A stretch of 64,000 bases of DNA, taken from contig CAVUPU010000004.1 in the NCBI GenBank assembly GCA_963743425.1, positions 334,910 through 398,909 of the forward strand, given 5' to 3'. Numbering within the stretch: the first letter of the stretch is position 1; every line of letters begins with the position of its first letter. This document shows, piece by piece, positions 37,966 to 51,667 of the stretch. A program made the translations under genes and the position numbers. This DNA comes from an uncultured Acidobacteriota bacterium. Lineage in GTDB: Bacteria > Acidobacteriota > Blastocatellia > RBC074. The notes under the pieces were generated by a model, which was given only the letters and a program-made list of their open reading frames with translations, did no database searches and was not told where the DNA came from.

Positions 37966-38039
37966 CGGGTCAGTACCGCGAGCGGTAGCGAGCGTGGATC
38001 TCAAGGAAGCCACGCTCGCTACCGCTCGCGGTACTGACC
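37966..38039. repeat. palindromic hairpin element, family D (copy 2)
   Basis: GGGTCAGTACCGCGAGCGGTAGCGAGCGTGG ... CCACGCTCGCTACCGCTCGCGGTACTGACCC. Confidence 0.85.
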
Positions 38040-38096
38040 CGTGAAGTTAATTTTTTACGCGCCCTAAGCTACATTCAAAGGAACGCAAGGTCATAG

Positions 38097-38909
38097 ATGG
38101 AAGAATTGATTCAGCGACCCATATCGCAGTTGAAGGCCCGGTTTTTGGATGGTCAGGAGCCTGCGCCGCGAGGTTTGATTGAAGCTCTGGAAACCGATTC
38201 GCGGCTGAGCGCGCGTGAACTGGCCGCCAGGTTGCGCGCCCGCTCGCGCGGCGCCCGCGCAGAGGGGCAGCGTTTGCGGCGCCTGCTGAAGTATGAATCG
38301 GAACTGTGGGCGCAAGGTTTCAATCTGATCGCTGGGGTTGACGAGGCGGGCGTCGCTCCGCTGGCCGGCCCTGTCGTCGCGAGCGCGGTCGTGATCTCGC
38401 GCGGTTACAAATTGCGCGGACTCGATGATTCAAAGAGACTCGACGAACCGACGCGCGAGCGGTTGGCGCTACGGATCAAAACAGATGCGGTCGCCTGGGC
38501 GGTCGGCGTCGCCGAAGTCGAAGAGATCGAGGTCTTGAACATCTACCACGCCAGTCTGCTCGCGATGCGGCGAGCGGTCGAAGGCTTGAAGCCCGCGCCC
38601 GATTTCATTCTCGTCGACGCGCGCAAGATTCCCGATTGCGCCGCCCCGCAGCGCGGCGTCGTGCGCGGCGACTCGCTCTCGGCGAGCATCGCCGCCGCCT
38701 CGATCATCGCGAAAACGACGCGCGACGCGATGATGGTCGGACTCGACGCGCAATATCCCGGCTACGGCCTGGCCGAGCACAAAGGCTATCCGACGCCGCG
38801 ACACTTCGAAGCCCTGCGGCGTCTCGGCGCGGCGCCGATTCACCGCCGCGGCTACAGACCCGTGCGCGAAGTGTTGGGATTGGAGGGGGGTTCAGGAGAC
38901 TTTGTTTGA
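38097..38909 (+). CDS. rnhB: ribonuclease HII
   Basis: 270 aa. Blocks IAGVDEAGVAPLAGPVV, LDDSKRL and SIIAKTTRD. It carries an N-terminal extension of about 70 aa. Confidence 0.85.
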   Translation: MEELIQRPISQLKARFLDGQEPAPRGLIEALETDSRLSARELAARLRARSRGARAEGQRLRRLLKYESELWAQGFNLIAGVDEAGVAPLAGPVVASAVVISRGYKLRGLDDSKRLDEPTRERLALRIKTDAVAWAVGVAEVEEIEVLNIYHASLLAMRRAVEGLKPAPDFILVDARKIPDCAAPQRGVVRGDSLSASIAAASIIAKTTRDAMMVGLDAQYPGYGLAEHKGYPTPRHFEALRRLGAAPIHRRGYRPVREVLGLEGGSGDFV

Positions 38910-39038
38910 CGCCGCGCCGATGATCTCGAATCTCAAATCTCAAATCTGAAATACTCCGAATGCCCACGCCACATCAGAAACCCGCATCTGTCGCTGTTTG
39001 TAGGGAAGTATCAATCGTTCGGCAAAGTCTTCGAGTTT

Positions 39039-39740
39039 GTGGCGGCGGGCGCCGCATCGGCGTTGGCTGGGTCGCTCACTTTTGTCATCGGAGCTTACGC
39101 CGTCTCGAACGCGACGCTCGCCGGGTTGATTGTGCTCATGCCGGGATTGACGTTGACCATCGCGCTGATCGAGCTTTCGACGCGGAATCTGTCGTCGGGC
39201 ACGTCGCGGTTGAGCGGCGCGTTCGTGATTTTCTTGAGCATAGCCTTTGGCGTGGCGGTCGGCGGCGCTATCGCCGGCTTGCTGCTTGGCGAGCCTGCTG
39301 TTGCGCGCGCCGCGCCATTGCCCGCGTGGACTGAGGCGCTGGCGCTCGTCACGATGCCGATTGCTTTGACCATTCTGTTGCGCGCCCAGTTGCGCGACAC
39401 GGTGTGGATAGTGATTGCAGGGGCGTTGGCTGTGGGCGGCGGCCGCCTCGGCGTCACATTCTTCGGCCCTGAGATGGGCGTATTTCTGGGCGCATTGACG
39501 GTCGGCGTCGCCAGCAACTGGTATGCGCGATTGCTCGACCGTCCCGCAATTATCACGGAAGTTCCGGGCATTATGCTGCTCGTGCCCGGTAGCGTGGGTT
39601 TTCGCGGCCTTGCGGCGTTGATGGACGAAAAGATCGTTTCGGGGGTTGATACCACGTTCAAGATGGTTTTGACTGCAGTGGCGCTGGTGGCCGGAACATT
39701 GATGGCCAACATCGTTGCGCCGCCGCGACGCGAAATCTAA
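39039..39740 (+). CDS. threonine/serine exporter family protein (ThrE C-terminal/YjjB-like, DUF3815)
   Basis: 233 aa, 5-6 TM, Gly/Ala-rich, GTG start. The assignment is pattern-level only. Confidence 0.5.
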   Translation: MAAGAASALAGSLTFVIGAYAVSNATLAGLIVLMPGLTLTIALIELSTRNLSSGTSRLSGAFVIFLSIAFGVAVGGAIAGLLLGEPAVARAAPLPAWTEALALVTMPIALTILLRAQLRDTVWIVIAGALAVGGGRLGVTFFGPEMGVFLGALTVGVASNWYARLLDRPAIITEVPGIMLLVPGSVGFRGLAALMDEKIVSGVDTTFKMVLTAVALVAGTLMANIVAPPRREI

Positions 39741-40209
39741 AGCGGTTTGCAAATGCGTGTACTGTACCGGAGGTCGCGCCACTTTCCCGTACACACAGTC
39801 GCTAACTGATCTAATTCCTGGGAGCGCCGCCCGGCCCTGGACCATACAAAAGGTGGGATCAGCCCATACAAAAGGCGTAATCAGAATGTAAGCGATCACG
39901 ACCGTCAGGATTCCAACCCCCAATACAATTTCAACAAAAATTGCGTTTCTCATCCCAAGTTTGCTGGCGCTTCATTGAACTCATGTATAGAATCTGCCGC
40001 GAGCATACAAAAAAACGGAAGTCGTCGCGCCGGCCAAGCGGGATTCGGGATTTTGGATAGCCGTCGCTTGTCGGAGATGGCCGAAGCTTCTCCTCCTTTT
40101 GCACCAAATTGATTTGCCCTGGCGGTTCTTTGCCAGATTCGGCAGCAAATCACCGCGCTCGAATTAAAGTTTAAGATAGACCAGGTTTACTCTTGATAGG
40201 GGGTATATC

Positions 40210-42531
40210 GTGATTGCCAATCCACCATCTTTACCGGTTCAAACAGTAATCGAGCAGGCTTCTGATAGGGCAAACTCGAAGGGAGTATCCTTTGGAGACT
40301 CTCGACTCGAATTGTCGGACGGAGCGCTCTTTGTCGTTCAACTCTCCAGAGCCGACGCGCCTGTCGTCGGAGAATTTCAGGAAAAGTCCGTAGACGGAAA
40401 GTCAGAGAATCTTTCTCGACAAGAAAAGCTCGCCAATCAGGAGTCTCAGGCCGATTCAAAGGCGGGGCAGAACGAGCCTCAACCTGAGCGGACCGGGCAG
40501 CCGGAGCGCAAGACATTCTGGGAAAGGGTTTTCCGGATGCCGCCCCTCCGCAATCGCGTTGAAAAAGCGCTCGCCGAGAATTGGAAATTCTCCGAGGTTC
40601 GTCCGCGCCACGTCGAAGAGCTGCTGTCGCAGGATGCGGAGGAGATAAGGGCATTCTTCCTCAGCGGCTCGAACGCGCGACAGTACCAGCGGCTGGTCAA
40701 GGAGTTCGGGTGCGGTTTTGAAACCAGGGACGGAAAGGTTGTGGATGACTCTTTCGAGACGCTCAACGAATATGGGCCGGAGCTGATCCAGAAATATCCG
40801 ATCCTCATGGAGCACCGGGAGACCATCAAGCGATACTTCGCCGGAGTCTTTCGAGACGGCAGAATCGGAACCCAATCGCTCATCCGGATCAGCAACTCCA
40901 TGTGGTTCAGCCCCTTCTCGGCGTCGAAATTCAGGATGTCCGCCAATATCCTCAACACCCGATTCCAGGTCCCGAACCACGTCATCGGTCCGATGTTGAC
41001 CAGTGTCGGAGACACTTACTGGCTCCGGCAGGTCCTTTTCCGCCGCTCGTCGCCGCAGGAGTTCCGGCAACTTCTCAATCGAATCGCTCCGTCGAGCGAG
41101 GATTCGGGAAACGCTTTCGCCCCCGCCTTGCAACTTCTGGTTCTCGGCGCCGAGCATAAACTCCCGTTTCAGACACTCGACGCCTTTGTGCAGCGGCTCG
41201 ATCTGAAGCCGAAAGATTTCGCGCCCTTCAGCGCCGCCGTCTACAATCTTGCGGCCTACCGGCTCGCGGAAGAGATCAAATGCGCTACGTTCGCCCAGTT
41301 CCTCCGTCGGACGCTAGATGAATTCGGTCCCGAGATCAATCAGGAATCCGCGCGGCTCTTCATGCTCTCATTCAGGGAGTTCAAGGATGACGCGGGGGCG
41401 CTTTCATCCTACCTGTCTCCCGGGTACAACGAGACCAAGTCGTTCCTGAAGAGTATCGGAACGCCGGTCCCCGCGACCGTTTGGAATATGGAGCGCATCG
41501 CGGTCCTCGCGCATACGCTCACGCCGGAAAAACGGGCGAAGATCACGCAAATGGTCCGTGAACTCGCCGAAGAAGTGAAGGTGGCCGACATCATGTTTCT
41601 CGCCGAAATCTCCGGCAACGAGGATGAATGTAAGCTCCTGCTCAACCGCGAGGCTCTGATCACGGCGGTCAAAGACGTCAAAATCGATCGCATCGTCGAG
41701 CGAAGCCACAACGACCTCGTGAAAGAATTGGAGCGGGAGATTGACAGCGCGAACAGGAACGGCTTCTACCGCAGTGTGAGGCGGCTCCTGACTCTGATGA
41801 GAGAAGAGAAACGGACATACACGGAGCGAGTCGATCCGAGCAAATTGACCAATATCCAGCTCAGTCGCCTCCTCATCTTCCATCGCTCCATCGATATGCC
41901 GGGATTTCTCGATACGGTCGGATGGAACGTGTCGCTTGACCTCCAGAATGAGCGGAGCGAAGGAGGAGGATACCTGGGTTATGATAAAGATATGGCGATG
42001 GTCACCATGGTGGCAGGACAACCCGGCGACAATCGGGCGTATCGGCCAATAAACCTGATGCGCGCGCCCGCCTCGATAGCGCTGTTTCATAATCACGCTT
42101 TCAAAGACACAATCGCGGAGCGCTATCTCGGGTTCTTCAGGAAGCTCTTCCCATTGAACAAAAACAAGAATAAATACGCAGGCCCGAGCGGCTGGGCCGG
42201 CGCCAAGAAAGGCGACATCACGGCCGCTGCCGAATCCGAGCTTCCTTCTTTCATTATTACCAAGATCGGGTACCCGCAGAATCCCAATGGAAGCAAGGAT
42301 AATAAATCTCTCCTGGTGAATTTCGACTGGGTCATCGTCGACCGGCAATCGGGAGAGGCGCTGCGATCTGACAGGGGCGTATTCACCGTCCCTTATTATG
42401 GAGAGGATCAGCTCGGCAAGCTCAAATGGCCGTCGAAGAAAGAAATGAAGCGGCGGGAAAAAGAGAGAAGAGAGAAATGCCCGCCTGGCATAAGGCAGGA
42501 TTCCGCTCTCGGCGCCGGTCGCTTTGATTGA
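40210..42531 (+). CDS. large hypothetical soluble protein (773 aa), no recognisable domain
   Basis: GTG start with an upstream GGGGGTAT sequence. No signal peptide and no TM segment. It is preceded by a 470-bp AT-rich non-coding stretch, and its GC content is lower than the surrounding genes. Confidence 0.5.
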   Translation: MIANPPSLPVQTVIEQASDRANSKGVSFGDSRLELSDGALFVVQLSRADAPVVGEFQEKSVDGKSENLSRQEKLANQESQADSKAGQNEPQPERTGQPERKTFWERVFRMPPLRNRVEKALAENWKFSEVRPRHVEELLSQDAEEIRAFFLSGSNARQYQRLVKEFGCGFETRDGKVVDDSFETLNEYGPELIQKYPILMEHRETIKRYFAGVFRDGRIGTQSLIRISNSMWFSPFSASKFRMSANILNTRFQVPNHVIGPMLTSVGDTYWLRQVLFRRSSPQEFRQLLNRIAPSSEDSGNAFAPALQLLVLGAEHKLPFQTLDAFVQRLDLKPKDFAPFSAAVYNLAAYRLAEEIKCATFAQFLRRTLDEFGPEINQESARLFMLSFREFKDDAGALSSYLSPGYNETKSFLKSIGTPVPATVWNMERIAVLAHTLTPEKRAKITQMVRELAEEVKVADIMFLAEISGNEDECKLLLNREALITAVKDVKIDRIVERSHNDLVKELEREIDSANRNGFYRSVRRLLTLMREEKRTYTERVDPSKLTNIQLSRLLIFHRSIDMPGFLDTVGWNVSLDLQNERSEGGGYLGYDKDMAMVTMVAGQPGDNRAYRPINLMRAPASIALFHNHAFKDTIAERYLGFFRKLFPLNKNKNKYAGPSGWAGAKKGDITAAAESELPSFIITKIGYPQNPNGSKDNKSLLVNFDWVIVDRQSGEALRSDRGVFTVPYYGEDQLGKLKWPSKKEMKRREKERREKCPPGIRQDSALGAGRFD

Positions 42532-42552
42532 GGCGATGGCGTCGTTATAATG

Positions 42553-42619
42553 AATAGGACTTATAGGACTTATGTGACTTATGGGACTCATAAGTCACGT
42601 AAGTCCTATAAGTCCTATT
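42553..42619. repeat. palindromic hairpin element, family E (AATAGGACTTATAGGACTTATGTGACTTATGGGACT / inverse; ACTTATN heptads)
   Basis: Read from the sequence. It lies between the 773-aa gene and the nfu gene. Confidence 0.85.
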
Positions 42620-42636
42620 CTTTCAGGAGAAGAAAA

Positions 42637-43182
42637 ATGCCGAAGATTGCAGACATTGAATATACGCCGAATCCCAACGCGGTGAAGTTCATTCTCAAGG
42701 AGCCGGTCACCAGCGGCGCGTCGCGGTCGTTTCAGAACGCGCAATCGGCGCAAGCCGATCCGCTGGCCGCGGCCTTGTTCGCCATCGGGAATGTGACATC
42801 GGTCTTTTACATGGATCGTTTCGTTACGGTGAACAAAGAGGATGAAGTGAGCTGGGAAGAAATGCTGAAAAAGCTCGCGGAGCCGATTCGCGTCGCGCCT
42901 TCCGCTTCCGAATCGCCGGCTGAGGTTCAGGCTCCGGTCTACATCCCCGGCGAGAACGGGCTGCTTGACCGGATCAATCAGGTCCTCGACGAAAAGGTCA
43001 GACCCGGATTGGCGGGCGACGGCGGCGGACTTGAGATCATCGGATTGGACGACAAAAAGCTGCTGATCCGCTACCAGGGCGCTTGTGGAAGCTGCCCAAG
43101 CTCGATCGGCGGAACGATGATGGCCATTGAATATATGCTCAAGGAAGACGTTGATCCTGAGATTGAAGTGATCTCCGTCTGA
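42637..43182 (+). CDS. nfuA: NifU/Nfu family Fe-S cluster assembly protein (Nfu_N plus NifU C-terminal domain)
   Basis: [18 protein letters not shown] (Nfu_N) and GACGSCPSS (NifU CxxC). AGGAGA RBS. Confidence 0.85.
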   Translation: MPKIADIEYTPNPNAVKFILKEPVTSGASRSFQNAQSAQADPLAAALFAIGNVTSVFYMDRFVTVNKEDEVSWEEMLKKLAEPIRVAPSASESPAEVQAPVYIPGENGLLDRINQVLDEKVRPGLAGDGGGLEIIGLDDKKLLIRYQGACGSCPSSIGGTMMAIEYMLKEDVDPEIEVISV

Positions 43183-43197
43183 TCTGAAAGAGCGAAA

Positions 43198-43294
43198 CAT
43201 TTTCCATTTTCCGTATTACATTTGCCATTTGTCATTGAAGAAGCGTGGTTCCGACAATGACAAATGACAAATGTAATATGGAAAATGGAAAATG
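43198..43294. repeat. palindromic hairpin element, family B (copy 3)
   Basis: CATTTTCCATTTTCCGTATTACATTTGCCATTTGTCATTG ... CAATGACAAATGACAAATGTAATATGGAAAATGGAAAATG, loop containing GGTTCCGACAATG. Confidence 0.85.
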
Positions 43295-43313
43295 ACTCTT
43301 TCTTTCCCATCTC

Positions 43314-45230
<1,917 letters not shown>

Positions 45231-45651
45231 CTTTAGAGTCGTTATGTGAGCGCCGCCCCGTCCACCTCGCGGCGATGCGACCGCTTGCAGGCGTAGAGTC
45301 TGACATCCGCTATGCGGATCAATTCGTCCTCTTCAGCGGCGTCCGCCGGGAAGGACGCCGCGCCCCGACTTATATCCATTCGACGACGCGCCGAACGCGT
45401 TCAAGATTCGCTCTATCTCCTGATGCAATACATTCGTAATCGGCTCCGCCATCGCAACGTCTATTGAAATGTGTGAAAATTGATCTTCAACGGTAAGGTC
45501 ATCGTTTGAATCGTCGCAGACCGCCGCAATTATAGTCTCAAACGTGGCGGTTATGAACATCCACGAAGTCACATATGAAGGGGCGCGAAGATTTTGTCCT
45601 TTCCTTCGGGGTTCTTCGTGTAACTCTGTGGATTATTCCCGGAGAAGACGT

Positions 45652-46804
<1,153 letters not shown>

Positions 46805-46872
46805 CATGTGAAGAATTTCAAGATATTTTCCCGACCGATATCGTATTATCGCTGCGAAGGAGGAATGACATT

Positions 46873-47094
46873 ATGAGCAAACCGGGAACAGCGGCGGTTT
46901 TGAGTTTCTTCATTCCCGGCGTCGGCCAGTTTTACAACGGCGCATTCTGGCGAGGCATCTTCTGGCTGATCATCACGCCGGGCTTCTGGATCGGCAGCGG
47001 CGGGTTGTTGGGGTGGGTCTGCCATCTTATCTCAGCCTATACGGCTTATTCATACGCGAAAAAGGCAGAGGCTCTGATCACTTGGCCGAGGTAG
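46873..47094 (+). CDS. TM2 domain-containing small membrane protein
   Basis: VLSFFIPGVGQFYNG fits the TM2 domain. 73 aa, 2 TM. Confidence 0.6.
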   Translation: MSKPGTAAVLSFFIPGVGQFYNGAFWRGIFWLIITPGFWIGSGGLLGWVCHLISAYTAYSYAKKAEALITWPR

Positions 47095-47623
47095 GGGAAT
47101 GCCAGCGTCATCAAAGGCTCTAACGAGTAGATCGGCGACTCCCAGTTCCGCAGCCCAATGTCTCAGGTAAATCGTATGTGGCTTCCTCGCTTAAGATCAG
47201 AAAATTGTACCGAATCCGAAATTTTGAATCTCAGATTCCCACGTCATCGCATCCGAACTCGGCGCGTCCACCCGATGTAAAATCTAAACGATTGTGTACA
47301 CTCAGCTTAATTGACCAGCCATCAGGCCATTAGCGAGCCGAGCCTCTGTTCAAGCCATCGGCATATCTTTTGCCTGATTTTGATTTGTAATTTTCTATCA
47401 ACAAGCGGGATAATGCGCCTGACAAAAATTGTTGAAACGTTTGATCAGGCGCGATTCAGGACTTCATAAGTAAAGATTTTCCACATCGTTCAAAAAACAA
47501 ATTGACTTGATTCCATTCGGCGATCATTTTGAGTTCTTGAGTTCGGGCTTTCACGATTCGAATTCTGAGAATTGAAGTCTGAAGCCCATTCCCATCTCCA
47601 AACCTAAACATCCAGGAGGATTT

Positions 47624-50600
47624 ATGAGAGCGAATCTTTTCTCCACCCAGGGAACCAGCATAGGCGCATGGTTCGCCGGGCTGTTTTGCTCATTGCTATT
47701 GATCGGAGCCGCCTTTGCGCAAACCGGCTCATCAACCGTGAACGGCACGGTCGAAGATGCACAGAAGCAAACTATTTCCGGCGCGACGGTGACTCTGAAG
47801 AACGAGAGCAGGAATTTCAGCCGTGTAGCGACTACGGCGGCTGATGGCAGCTTTCTTTTCACCGTTGTTCCACCCGGAGTCTACAATATTGAAGTCGAAG
47901 CCCCAGGTTTCAAGAAGGCGGTTCAGACCGATGTTCAGGCTCTGGTTGACAATCGTGTAACGCTGAGCATTTCGCTTGAAGTCGGTCAAGTGAGCGAAGT
48001 TGTCAGTGTTTCCGCCTCATCGGTTGAGAACATCATTAACACCCAGGACGCCAGTCTCGGCAACAACTTTCTCTCGCCGCAGATCAGTCAGCTTCCGCTG
48101 AACGCGCGAAACGTCGGCAACTTGCTGAGCTTGCAACCGGCCGTGACCTCGAACGGTTACGTGGCAGGTGGCCGCAGCGATCAGGCCAATCTGACAGTTG
48201 ACGGAGTCGATGCGAACGATCAACAGGACGGCACGGCTTTTAGCCCTGTTATTCGCGTCAGCCCTGACACCATTGATGAGTTCCGCGTGACGACTGTCAA
48301 CGCCAACTCGACGCAGGGGCGCTCGTCCGGAGCGCAAGTCGGGTTCATCACCAAAAGCGGCACGAACAGTTTCCACGGCAACTTGTATGAATACCACCGC
48401 AACACGGTGACTTCGGCTAACGAATTCTTCAATAATAGAGCGGGCAGGTTCACTGCCGATGACCCTCAGGTGCTCTCAGGCGCGGCTCAGGTAGGAGATG
48501 AAAGAGTTCCTCGCCCCAAACTGATTCGTAATAATTTCGGCGGCAGTTTGGGCGGCCCGATCGTCAAAGATCGTTTTTTCTTTTTCTACAACTACGAGGG
48601 GCGGCGCGATGCTAAAGGGGTCAGCGTCGTGCAAACCGTTCCATTGGCCAGTTTGGGGCGTGGTGAGGTGAAGTTCTTCTCGACGAACGGCCAGTTAATT
48701 ACGCTGACGCCGGCGCAAATCAACAGTTTGACCAGTAATGGCACGCCTACTGGCGCTCCGGTGGTTGATGTAAACCCGGCGGCTCTGAACATCCTGGCGG
48801 GCGCCGCTCAACGTTATCCTTCAAACGACAACACTGTCGGCGATGGTTTGAATACCGGCGGCTTCCGCTTTAACCAGTCACAACCAGTCCGACTTGGAGC
48901 GCACACCGCCCGCCTCGATTTAAGATTGAGTGATGCGCACACTCTCTTCCTGCGGGGGAATTACCAGAACGACACTGAGGTCACGGACCAGCAATTTCCC
49001 GATACGCCGCAGGAAACGCTCTGGAGCCATCCGAAAGCTTTTGCTCTCGGATATATTTGGGCAAAAAGCCCAACTTTCATCAACGACTTCCGCTATGGGA
49101 TGACACGTGATGCGCTGAGCCAGCAGGGCGACTCGTCGGTCAATGCCGTAACTTTTCGGCAAACGTTTTCCGACCTGGCTTATACGCGCACATTCAATAG
49201 GGTGACGCCTGTCCACAACTTCACGGACAACGTCAACTGGCGGCCGACCAGTAACCACAGTTTCGATTTCGGCGCGAACATCCGTCTGATTCGCAATGCG
49301 CGCACGAACTTTGCGCCTGCTTTCGACAATGCTGTATTGAATCATTCATTCTATGCAGCAAGTGGCGCAGTGTTGACCAATCCGATCGTCGCTTCAGGCA
49401 CGCCGATTCGCGCTGATTGGGTCAACAACGCCAGGATTGCGATGGCGCAGGTGTTCGGGCGGCTGTCACAATATTCAACCATTTTCAACTTTGGGCTCGA
49501 TGGCAGACCTCTGTCGGCCGGCAGTCCTTCAGTGCGCGAATTCGCCGCCCAAGAATATGACACCTATGCCCAGGATGTGTGGCGTGTGCGTCCAAACCTG
49601 ACATTGACGCTGGGGCTGCGCTACGGTTTGAGCCGGCCGGTTTATGAGACGCAAGGCTTCCAGACCAGGCCGAACATCGGCTTGCAAGAATATCTGGATA
49701 GGCGGATTGCGGCTGCCAACCAAGGGATCAACTTCACCGATCCGATCCAGATCTTGCAATCCGGTCCTGCCTACGATGCGCCAGGCTTTTATTCCCTTGA
49801 CAAGAACAACTTCCAGCCCCGCATCTCCGCCGCCTGGAATCCGAGGTTCAATAACGGATTCCTGGCCAAAATTTTTGGGAGAGACGGCGCATTGACCTTC
49901 CGTGGCGGGTTCGCCATCGTCAATGACTATTTCGGTCAAAGGTTGGCGCTCGGCTTTGACGGCAGCAACACCTTGGGCTTCCAATCCACTTTCAATATTT
50001 CGGCGAATACGTTCAATGTGACGACCAATCCGGCGCCACCGTTTACCGCGCTTGGAATGGATATCCGCTCATTGCCTGGAATCGTTATTCCCGGCGATTT
50101 GACTTTCCCGAAGCAACAGCCGCTGGATGATCTGCGCCGCATTGAAGGCTCGCTCGACACCAACCTGGTTTCGCCGAAAAACTATGTATGGAACTTTACC
50201 TACAGCCGGCTGCTGCCAGGGGGCATCGCGGTCGAAGGTTCTTACATCGGTCGTTATGCCCGCAACCTGTTGGCCACGCGAGACGTGATGGCGCTCAACA
50301 ATATCGTGGATCCGGTATCGGGGCAGGATTGGTATACAGCGGCCGGCATCTTGCAGGACGCGCGCATCAATGGCACGCCGCTTTTGCAAGTTCCAAATGT
50401 GCCGTTCTTCGAGAACATGTACGGACCAGGCGCGATCGATGGGATTTTCGGTCTGGGCGGCCTGACCAATACGCAGGCGGCTTATTTTATGAGCTTGCCG
50501 TTTGATGGTCCCGGGTGCGATGTTGTTGGTGGCTGCTTCGGTATCCTGACGGACTGGACTTTCATGCAAGATATTCTCGATCAGTTCTCCGGCAATCAGT

Positions 50601-51472
50601 TGTTCTTCAACCGCCAATACGGCGCCCTGTCCGCTTATGGAACGATTGGCAGCTCGGATTACCATGGCGCGTCGCTGAGCGTTCGCCAGCGATATAAAGG
50701 GCTGCTTTGGGATTTGAACTACACATTCTCGAAATCCCTGGATGACGCGTCAGGCTTGCAGACCAGCGGCGTCTTTGGCTCGGCGTTCATTCTGAATCCG
50801 CTGCGCCAGCGCGACAACCGCACCGTCTCCGACTTTGACGTTCGCCATATTTTCAACTTCAACTCGGTCTGGGATATTCCAATAGGCAAAGGCAAGGCGC
50901 TGTTTGGTGGGGCTAATACCGCGCTCGATTACGTCATCGGCGGATGGCAGTTGACCAGCATCTTCCGCTATAACAGTGGCCTGCCTCTCAGCGCTCCGTT
51001 CGACAACAACGGCTGGGCGACCAATTGGAACATTCGCAGTCTCGGCGTACGCGTCAGGCCGTTGGAGAGTTCGCCGACTCGCGGCGTCGGCGACGCGGCG
51101 CCGAATCTGTTCAGCGATCAGACCGCGGCGTTTCAGAGCTTACGCAGCCCGCGCGCAGGGGAAACCGGGGATCGCAATTCGCTCCGTTATCCCGGCTTCG
51201 TCTCCCTCGACTTCGGACTCCATAAGAGCTTCAAGATGCCCTATAACGAAAACCACAAGTTGGTATTTCGCTGGGAAGTCTTCAACGCGACCAACACGCA
51301 ACGGCTTACCAGCGTCCTGGGCGGCACTTTCGCCATCGGGACCGACCCATTCCTGGGCGGGGATAACGGCACGCCGTCGGCGTCGTTCGGCAACCTTACT
51401 TCAACGCAGAGGCCGTTTGGTGAGAGTACGGCGGCTCGCATTATGCAGTTCGCCTTACGCTATCAATTCTAG
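47624..51472 (+). CDS. TonB-dependent outer-membrane receptor with an N-terminal carboxypeptidase-regulatory-like domain
   Basis: 1282 aa with a signal peptide. The CarboxypepD_reg-like beta-sandwich region is GTVEDAQKQTISGATVTL...ADGSFLF. A plug/barrel region follows, ending in the aromatic C-terminus FALRYQF. AGGAGG RBS. Confidence 0.85.
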   Translation: MRANLFSTQGTSIGAWFAGLFCSLLLIGAAFAQTGSSTVNGTVEDAQKQTISGATVTLKNESRNFSRVATTAADGSFLFTVVPPGVYNIEVEAPGFKKAVQTDVQALVDNRVTLSISLEVGQVSEVVSVSASSVENIINTQDASLGNNFLSPQISQLPLNARNVGNLLSLQPAVTSNGYVAGGRSDQANLTVDGVDANDQQDGTAFSPVIRVSPDTIDEFRVTTVNANSTQGRSSGAQVGFITKSGTNSFHGNLYEYHRNTVTSANEFFNNRAGRFTADDPQVLSGAAQVGDERVPRPKLIRNNFGGSLGGPIVKDRFFFFYNYEGRRDAKGVSVVQTVPLASLGRGEVKFFSTNGQLITLTPAQINSLTSNGTPTGAPVVDVNPAALNILAGAAQRYPSNDNTVGDGLNTGGFRFNQSQPVRLGAHTARLDLRLSDAHTLFLRGNYQNDTEVTDQQFPDTPQETLWSHPKAFALGYIWAKSPTFINDFRYGMTRDALSQQGDSSVNAVTFRQTFSDLAYTRTFNRVTPVHNFTDNVNWRPTSNHSFDFGANIRLIRNARTNFAPAFDNAVLNHSFYAASGAVLTNPIVASGTPIRADWVNNARIAMAQVFGRLSQYSTIFNFGLDGRPLSAGSPSVREFAAQEYDTYAQDVWRVRPNLTLTLGLRYGLSRPVYETQGFQTRPNIGLQEYLDRRIAAANQGINFTDPIQILQSGPAYDAPGFYSLDKNNFQPRISAAWNPRFNNGFLAKIFGRDGALTFRGGFAIVNDYFGQRLALGFDGSNTLGFQSTFNISANTFNVTTNPAPPFTALGMDIRSLPGIVIPGDLTFPKQQPLDDLRRIEGSLDTNLVSPKNYVWNFTYSRLLPGGIAVEGSYIGRYARNLLATRDVMALNNIVDPVSGQDWYTAAGILQDARINGTPLLQVPNVPFFENMYGPGAIDGIFGLGGLTNTQAAYFMSLPFDGPGCDVVGGCFGILTDWTFMQDILDQFSGNQLFFNRQYGALSAYGTIGSSDYHGASLSVRQRYKGLLWDLNYTFSKSLDDASGLQTSGVFGSAFILNPLRQRDNRTVSDFDVRHIFNFNSVWDIPIGKGKALFGGANTALDYVIGGWQLTSIFRYNSGLPLSAPFDNNGWATNWNIRSLGVRVRPLESSPTRGVGDAAPNLFSDQTAAFQSLRSPRAGETGDRNSLRYPGFVSLDFGLHKSFKMPYNENHKLVFRWEVFNATNTQRLTSVLGGTFAIGTDPFLGGDNGTPSASFGNLTSTQRPFGESTAARIMQFALRYQF

Positions 51473-51667
51473 TGGAGACGGTATATGAGGCTGCACTCGC
51501 TGAAGGTTTGTGAGTGTGACTCACTTTTAAGTCGTCACGGATGGCCGCGTGGCTCCACAAGCTGCGCGGCCATCTTTAGTTTTGAAAGGTCTGTGGCTGA
51601 AGGTTGATTGGTTGATGCAGAACCTGCTGCCGACCTCGCCCAGCGTTTTGAAAGAATGGAAGCTGAT

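Noticed and set aside
39741-39953. Possible 73-aa single-TM protein on the minus strand (MRNAIFVEIVLGVGILTVVIAYILITPF...)
   Set aside because: The frame has no stop until 38940 and so runs antisense through the whole ThrE-family gene. It is more likely a chance open frame in the AT-rich spacer. It is kept only as a remote possibility.
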